A stretch of DNA of 53,740 nucleotides from Pontimonas sp. (GTDB taxonomy: Bacteria > Actinomycetota > Actinomycetes > Actinomycetales > Microbacteriaceae): contig JBIILX010000001.1 of assembly GCA_044338275.1 (NCBI GenBank), forward strand, positions 1 through 53,740, written 5' to 3'. Of this stretch, positions 47,983-53,740 are shown in pieces (position 1 is the stretch's first letter; every line of letters begins with the position of its first letter). The position numbers and the translations under genes are program-made. The notes below the pieces were generated by a model. It did no database searches and had not been told where the DNA came from. It saw only the letters and a program-made list of their open reading frames with translations.

Positions 47983-49677
47983 CTAGCCCGTTACAGCGCC
48001 CAGGGCCGCTGACTTCACCAGTTTCTGGTACTTGGCCAGTACACCACGGGTGTAACGAGGGGGAAGCGGTTGCCAGTCGGTGCGGCGCGCTTCGAGTTCG
48101 TCGGCATCGACGAGTAGGTCAAGGCTACGAGATGGAATATCAACCCGAATTAGGTCACCATCCCTCACGAAGGCAATAGGACCTGCGTCTACCGCTTCGG
48201 GAGCTATGTGGCCGATACACAGTCCGGTTGTGCCGCCTGAGAATCGACCGTCTGTCAAGAGTAATACATCTTTCCCGAGACCCGCACCCTTAATTGCTGC
48301 GGTCACAGCCAGCATCTCGCGCATTCCAGGACCACCCTTGGGCCCCTCGTAGCGAATAACGACCACATCGCCGGCCTTGATTTCTCCGTTAGTGAGAGCG
48401 TCCATTGCTGCGCGCTCGCGCTCGAACACTCTGGCAGGACCCTCGAAGACCGCGGCATCAAAGCCGGCAGTCTTCACCACAGCACCTTCGGGGGCAAACG
48501 ATCCGTGCAGGATCGTGATGCCGCCGGTGGGGTGAATCGGGTTGTCCAGGGCGCGCAGGACCTCTCCATCAAGAGGATCAATGGTCATGTCTGCGAGGTT
48601 CTCAGCCATAGTCTTGCCGGTTACCGTCATGACATCGCCGTGCATGATCCCGGCATCAACGAATGCCTTCATCAACACTGGCACGCCACCGTGGCGGTCC
48701 ACGTCGTTCATCACATACTTGCCAAAAGGCTTCAAATCTCCCAGGTGGGGAATCTTGGACCCAATGCGATTGAAGTCATCAAGGGTCAGCTCAACCTCAG
48801 CCTCATGAGCAATGGCCAGCAGGTGAAGCACGGCGTTCGTCGAGCCGCCAAGAGCCATCAGTACCGCAATAGCGTTTTCGAAGGCTTTGAGAGTGAGAAT
48901 CTTCCGGGCAGTCAAACCCTGGCGCAGCATCTCGACGACGGCTTCACCTGACTTGTGGGCGAAGTAGTCACGGCGACGGTCATAGGAGGCAGGCGACGCC
49001 GAGCCCGGCAGGCTCAAGCCCAAAGCCTCGGCGATACTCGCCATTGTGTTGGCGGTATACATACCGCCACAAGCTCCCTCGCCAGGAGCGAAGGTGCACT
49101 CGATGCGGTGGGCATCCTCGGCCGACATCTTGCCGGCCTTGACAGCACCAACTGCTTCAAAAGAATCAATGATGGTGATCTCTTTTTCCGTGCCATCGGA
49201 AAGTTTCACCCAACCCGGGGCAATAGATCCGGCATAGAGGAATACGGAGGCGAGATCGAGTCTGGCGGCTGCCATCAGCATTCCAGGAATTGACTTGTCA
49301 CAACCCGCCAACAAAACAGAACCATCAAGGCGTTCCGCCTGCATAACCGTTTCGACTGAATCAGCAATGACTTCACGGCTCACCAAGGAAAAGTGCATGC
49401 CTTCGTGGCCCATGGAGATGCCATCAGAAACGGACACTGTTCCAAACTGCAGTGGATAGCCTCCACCCGCGTGGACTCCCTCCTTCGCCGCCTGTGCCAG
49501 GCGGGCGAGGGAGAGGTTGCAGGGGGTGATCTCGTTCCAGGAGCTGGCAATACCAATTTGAGGTTTACCCCAGTCGTCATCTCCCATGCCGACAGCGCGG
49601 AGCATGCCCCTCGACGTGGTGGCTTCAATGCCATCGGTAACAACTCGGGAGCGGGGCTTGATGTCTGGCGCACTCAT
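47983..49677 (-). CDS. ilvD: Dihydroxy-acid dehydratase
   Basis: [38 protein letters not shown]. Confidence 0.97.
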   Translation of the reverse strand: MSAPDIKPRSRVVTDGIEATTSRGMLRAVGMGDDDWGKPQIGIASSWNEITPCNLSLARLAQAAKEGVHAGGGYPLQFGTVSVSDGISMGHEGMHFSLVSREVIADSVETVMQAERLDGSVLLAGCDKSIPGMLMAAARLDLASVFLYAGSIAPGWVKLSDGTEKEITIIDSFEAVGAVKAGKMSAEDAHRIECTFAPGEGACGGMYTANTMASIAEALGLSLPGSASPASYDRRRDYFAHKSGEAVVEMLRQGLTARKILTLKAFENAIAVLMALGGSTNAVLHLLAIAHEAEVELTLDDFNRIGSKIPHLGDLKPFGKYVMNDVDRHGGVPVLMKAFVDAGIMHGDVMTVTGKTMAENLADMTIDPLDGEVLRALDNPIHPTGGITILHGSFAPEGAVVKTAGFDAAVFEGPARVFERERAAMDALTNGEIKAGDVVVIRYEGPKGGPGMREMLAVTAAIKGAGLGKDVLLLTDGRFSGGTTGLCIGHIAPEAVDAGPIAFVRDGDLIRVDIPSRSLDLLVDADELEARRTDWQPLPPRYTRGVLAKYQKLVKSAALGAVTG

Positions 49678-49817
49678 GGGTTTAGTTTACGGGTACCAGC
49701 CCAAAGGCTGCCCCATAGCAACCGGCCACCAAGCCCACACGGGCAAGCGGCGATGCGCATTGCAGCGCGCGCGGGCGGGTTCGGCTTCCGCACACCCCTC
49801 GCGGGGCTGCAGCGTCG

Positions 49818-50387
49818 TTACTGAACCCTTGCAGCTTCAAGGCACTCGAGGGAGTTCGCCTCCTGCGGAGTGGGTTGCTCGAAATAACACATAACGCCAA
49901 GACCATCAGCGGACATGCCGAATGAACGATCCCTCTGCAGCGCCGGAACTTGCACGTAGTCAATCCGAGTCTCACCATCACGAGCCAGTAACTCGAGCAC
50001 TACTCCTCCTCGAGATAACCGGAATTCAGTATGCAGCTCAGAGGGCACGGAGTCGCCTTTGCCGGACGCCCAGACCACTAGGTATCCGCCGGGTTCGATC
50101 GACACAGCGGGAAAGACCCACACATCGGATCCATCCCTTCTCAGGACGTACCCCTCCATGCTCACGGTTTCGGAAGTCGGGTTATGGAGTTCAACCCAAT
50201 CACTGAAATCGCCTCCGCCGTCTTGAACGGTCGCCCCGTTTGACGACATGACCTCGGAGATAAGAATCGGCGGCGAAGAAGGGGGTCGCTGAAAAAAATA
50301 GAGAGCGATGAAAGTGCCCACGACGAGAATGATGCTGACCACGAGCCCCAGAACCGAGAGAATTGCTCTTCGCGACATGCCGTCCAC
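49818..50387 (-). CDS. Lamin-tail-domain exported protein
   Basis: N-terminal TM segment, ILISEVMSSN, DWVELHN, IEPGGYLVVWA, PTP. Confidence 0.8.
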   Translation of the reverse strand: MDGMSRRAILSVLGLVVSIILVVGTFIALYFFQRPPSSPPILISEVMSSNGATVQDGGGDFSDWVELHNPTSETVSMEGYVLRRDGSDVWVFPAVSIEPGGYLVVWASGKGDSVPSELHTEFRLSRGGVVLELLARDGETRIDYVQVPALQRDRSFGMSADGLGVMCYFEQPTPQEANSLECLEAARVQ

Positions 50388-50390
50388 CTT

Positions 50391-51014
50391 CTACTTGGCC
50401 TGTGCGGAGGGCGCAGTTACATCGTCGGCAAAGTCAGTTTCGCTTTTGCCTCTCACGCGAACATCGACGACCATCCGTTGCCGGCGGAGATTAATGCTCG
50501 TAATCAGGGCTCGATTGACTGAAACCTGGAGTGCCTCTTCAAGTTCTTTCCTGAGCTCCTGTGGGTCAGTGATGACCTTGTCGATCGACACAAAGAACCT
50601 TCGATACTTGTCTGGCGAGAGCACCATGCGGTGGTCCACGACATACATGCCGGCTACCAAAACGACGGAGAACAGTATTTTGAACTCGACTCCGAGGGTC
50701 GGTAACCCGTTGATGAGCCCCAAGACCAGCGAGACCATGGTGAATCCAATTTCGGCTTGAGAAGCCTCATCGGAGCGTAACCTCACGATGGACAACACTG
50801 CGAAGAGCCCAAACCCGACTCCTATGGAAATAGCCGAAGAGGAGGCCAGCGAGGCAGAGACGACAAACAAAGAGAGGTTAAACGCCATCAACCCCAGAAC
50901 TAGGTCACGCCTACGGTGCCTGCGAAAGTAGAGAAAGAACACCAGCACGACCGCCGCAACAAGGTTGATGGCAAGGTCTCTGGCTACGGAGATTAAATCA
51001 AGCTCACCCATCAC
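50391..51014 (-). CDS. DUF4956 family membrane protein
   Basis: GVGFGLFAVLSIVRLRS, YFRRHRRRDL. Confidence 0.85.
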   Translation of the reverse strand: MMGELDLISVARDLAINLVAAVVLVFFLYFRRHRRRDLVLGLMAFNLSLFVVSASLASSSAISIGVGFGLFAVLSIVRLRSDEASQAEIGFTMVSLVLGLINGLPTLGVEFKILFSVVLVAGMYVVDHRMVLSPDKYRRFFVSIDKVITDPQELRKELEEALQVSVNRALITSINLRRQRMVVDVRVRGKSETDFADDVTAPSAQAK

Positions 51015-51071
51015 GATCCTTTTTATTCTCGGCAGCCTCTAACAGTAGTGCAGAGTTGTACTCTTGGAGAG

Positions 51072-52937
51072 ATGGACACCAAAGCTCTAGCCAATCCCCC
51101 GCGGCAATGGGCGGTCCTTGCAGTGACCACGCTCTTACTCGTGGGCTCTTGTGTGAGCGCCCCGACTCCCGCCACAGTGGCGGAGATTACGCCTGGCAGT
51201 GCGGCAAAGCCTGAGTCCCCAGTAGCCGCCCCGACTGGCCGCACCTGGCAAGAGGAATGCGAGTGGTCTGGCTATGGCCCAGAATGGGCCGCCATCGCCG
51301 AGCCTCCCGCAACCGACAAACTTGAGATTTTTGTCGATGAACCTAACCTTAACGAGCTGTTTATCAATCGATCCCTGTGGAGCGATGAGCCTGTTTTTGC
51401 GACATACAGGTTGAACGACTCGGAGGAACTCATCGTGCCCTCCGAGCCTTCGCTTAGGTTTCGGGGCAACACGTCCCGGGTGAGGGCCAAGAAATCTCTC
51501 AAAATTGAGGTCGGCCCAGAAGTGAACGAGCCGGCGCTTGAGGATCTGAACCTCAACGCCATGTATATCGACCCTACGTTTCTCAGGGAAAGAATGTCGT
51601 TCGAAGTGTATCGCCAGCTCGGGCTGATGGCGCCAAAAACTTCCTACACCACTGTGTTTATCAATGGCGAGTACGAGGGTTTGTTCGTGAACATTGAAGA
51701 TGTGGACAGTTCCTTCTTCCGCGAATACGGCTCCCCCGGCAGCGAGTGGATTACGGTGAGACCCAACCGGTCGATTTCCCGAGATTTCTGGCAGACACCT
51801 CCTGACACACCAAGCTCGCTCGAGAGGGAAATTGCAGGAAGCCTGGACGCGAGAGGTGAAACCGAAGCGGGCGAAGTCCAGGAACTCGTTGCTTGGCTCC
51901 GTGCGAAGCACCAGGGTACTGAAGTCGCGGACGCGCCCGCTTTTGACGAGATGTTTGATCGAGACTATTTCCTCAAGTTCTTTGCTGTTGCGTCTCTAAT
52001 TCAGGATATCGACTCACTACTCGACGATTTTTGGCTAGTTCGCGAAACAACCCCTGGGAGTAAATGGAGAATAGTTCCCTGGGATAAAGACTTGGTCATG
52101 GGCGCTGGCTGGGTTCCCCACGCTGGAGAGAACAGCAACATGGAGTGGGACGAAGATGTGCTGCCTGGCCAATCTTCATGGGTCAAGGTGGTGCTGCAAG
52201 ACGCCGAGCTGAAGGCCGAACTGTACGACACGATTCTCAAACTTGGCCGCGGGCCGCTCGGTCCCCAGTTCTACTGTGCTCACCTGTACGCTAACGCTCC
52301 CGTCATCAGCGAGCTTCTCGAGGCTGGACAATCCGAGACAGCCTTTCCGTTGTATTTGCAAGAGTCTTTTCTGGACCCCAGAGACGGTGGCCTAGAGATT
52401 CCTCTCGAGCTGCGGCACCTCAGTCTCGTGGACTATGCGAATTTGAGGTTTGAGTACCTCGAAACCATCATCGAAGACTCTGCGCTCCAGCCGGGAGTTG
52501 CGACCCGCTCAGCCTCCGCGAGCAGTGCAGGAAAGTCGCTGTACTTCACAGACTCTGAGGGCTTTACGATTGGACGATTGGACGTCACAGAGGTAATCAC
52601 GCCGGGTGACATAACAATGAGGGTGGTAGTGGACCCCACCGAAGAAGTCATCGACCGTCGATGGTTCTTAGATTTTGGCGAATCTGATGTCCGCGGAAAA
52701 CTGAGCATCTACTTTCGAGATAAGCCGGGAAGCAGTTGGTTTCTTCCAGAAATAGAGACCGACCGGGAAACCAACGCCTTTCAGCTCCAGCTGACAGCTA
52801 TAGCGATTGACGGTGATAAAGAAGTCCCTCTGGAGACGACCATCAATCCCCTGACAAATCGCATCACTATTGTTCCGATCACAAGCGCGAATGTGGAGAT
52901 TGTCGTGCGCCCGTTGGAGGGCGCGCAAAGTTTCTAA
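51072..52937 (+). CDS. CotH-family kinase, probable lipoprotein
   Basis: RGNTSR..KKSLKI, LNAMYIDPTFLRE, YEGLF..IE, IVPWDKD; lipobox-like LVGSC. Confidence 0.82.
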   Translation: MDTKALANPPRQWAVLAVTTLLLVGSCVSAPTPATVAEITPGSAAKPESPVAAPTGRTWQEECEWSGYGPEWAAIAEPPATDKLEIFVDEPNLNELFINRSLWSDEPVFATYRLNDSEELIVPSEPSLRFRGNTSRVRAKKSLKIEVGPEVNEPALEDLNLNAMYIDPTFLRERMSFEVYRQLGLMAPKTSYTTVFINGEYEGLFVNIEDVDSSFFREYGSPGSEWITVRPNRSISRDFWQTPPDTPSSLEREIAGSLDARGETEAGEVQELVAWLRAKHQGTEVADAPAFDEMFDRDYFLKFFAVASLIQDIDSLLDDFWLVRETTPGSKWRIVPWDKDLVMGAGWVPHAGENSNMEWDEDVLPGQSSWVKVVLQDAELKAELYDTILKLGRGPLGPQFYCAHLYANAPVISELLEAGQSETAFPLYLQESFLDPRDGGLEIPLELRHLSLVDYANLRFEYLETIIEDSALQPGVATRSASASSAGKSLYFTDSEGFTIGRLDVTEVITPGDITMRVVVDPTEEVIDRRWFLDFGESDVRGKLSIYFRDKPGSSWFLPEIETDRETNAFQLQLTAIAIDGDKEVPLETTINPLTNRITIVPITSANVEIVVRPLEGAQSF

Positions 52938-53454
52938 TGCAACCAGCAGCGCCAACGCGCGTGATGACGCAAAAATGATTGTTGAGGTGTTGACTTGGAT
53001 TCGTTTCGGGTGGCGCGGCACCCGGAAGTATCAATTGCTTTTGGCGTGCCCTCGAAAACTGCGTTGCAGGACAGCGCCGCCACGTCACTCTGGTGCAGCG
53101 AGAGATAGACACTCGAATTACGAGCTGGTGCCAGCCGAGCAGCCTTTAGCGGGAGGAAGTTTCCATCTGCGATGGTCATCATCGATTAGGGGTTGGTCTG
53201 GATTTACAACTCGAGTGGGTTCCTGTGGCGCTTAAAGGCCTCCACCCAGACTTTTTGAAGTGTTCCGGTTGGACTGTCGTTTTGGAAAACCCTCAGAACC
53301 TGAGGGCCACTCTCAGATTGTGGTTGAGTCAGCTGAGGTGAGCCTGCGGACACCGATAGCAACCCCGCGAAGGAAACCTGGGGCCTCGCCACAATACTGG
53401 CTTATATCGGCCGGAATTTCTTTTGAGGCGAAATCATTTGGCTAACGTAAGAGG

Positions 53455-53740
53455 GTGATTTTCTCGCCAACCCACGATTATCTCTTTGTCCATGCTCGTA
53501 AAGCTGCCGGAACGTATTTCAAGGTGAACAGCTACGGCTGGCTAGGATCAGAGGACATCACCCTGGGAGCGTGGTCAACTGCTCTAAAGCTGGGGATTCT
53601 TCCAAACGAGAATATTCTCAAAGCGATTTTCGTCTCCCAAGACTTAGACTCGAGAAGCAACTGGTTCGCCTCTCCTGCTACCTGCGACAGCCACGCGTTA
53701 GTGGAGAGGGCCTCCGAGAAAGGTGCGAGCAGGGCGGGCT
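53455..53740 (+). CDS. Possible sulfotransferase-family protein, 5' part (runs off window)
   Basis: (M)IFSPTHDYLFVHARKAAGTYFK resembles the FxHxxKxxGT PAPS-binding loop; frame is open to the window end. Confidence 0.5.
   Translation, partial: MIFSPTHDYLFVHARKAAGTYFKVNSYGWLGSEDITLGAWSTALKLGILPNENILKAIFVSQDLDSRSNWFASPATCDSHALVERASEKGASRAG

Noticed and set aside
49678-49817. ilv attenuator leader peptide upstream of ilvD
   Set aside because: No short Ile/Leu/Val-rich ORF with a terminator was found, and a -10 hexamer lies 6 nt before the ATG, indicating a leaderless start.

Overview
GC-rich actinobacterial chromosome segment (gene order and proteins resemble Microbacteriaceae). Core blocks: ssrA-MFS-smpB-ftsX-ftsE-prfB, a Tad/Flp pilus locus, mrp-tatB, dapE/dapD/gltA/dapC/fdxA, and ilvD-ilvBNC-serA-otsB-leuB-ilvE. 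A CotH/DUF4956/lamin-tail locus lies at the right end. The main observation is that the Tad locus is split by about 18.9 kb. Two recombinase-less islands (15,061 bp and 3,853 bp core-to-core) sit in tandem inside the small Flp-like prepilin gene, at a 20-bp core (CCCAGCCAGGGACRTCACCT at 7917, 22978 and 26831) that encodes the G-D-V-P-G-W motif at the presumed prepilin processing site. Each island supplies a replacement promoter and leader peptide, so the mature pilin is restored. All three pilin promoters and the tadA promoter share a DnaA-box-like element at a fixed spacing from the -10. Both islands carry amine uptake and catabolism genes. The larger, AT-richer island has a gamma-glutamylation + P450 + extradiol ring-cleavage cluster linked by five copies of an 18-bp palindromic operator. 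An IS256-like end, fadB and EamA fragments and a 5' tRNA half lie near the internal junction. All calls come from motif recognition by eye; no searches were run.
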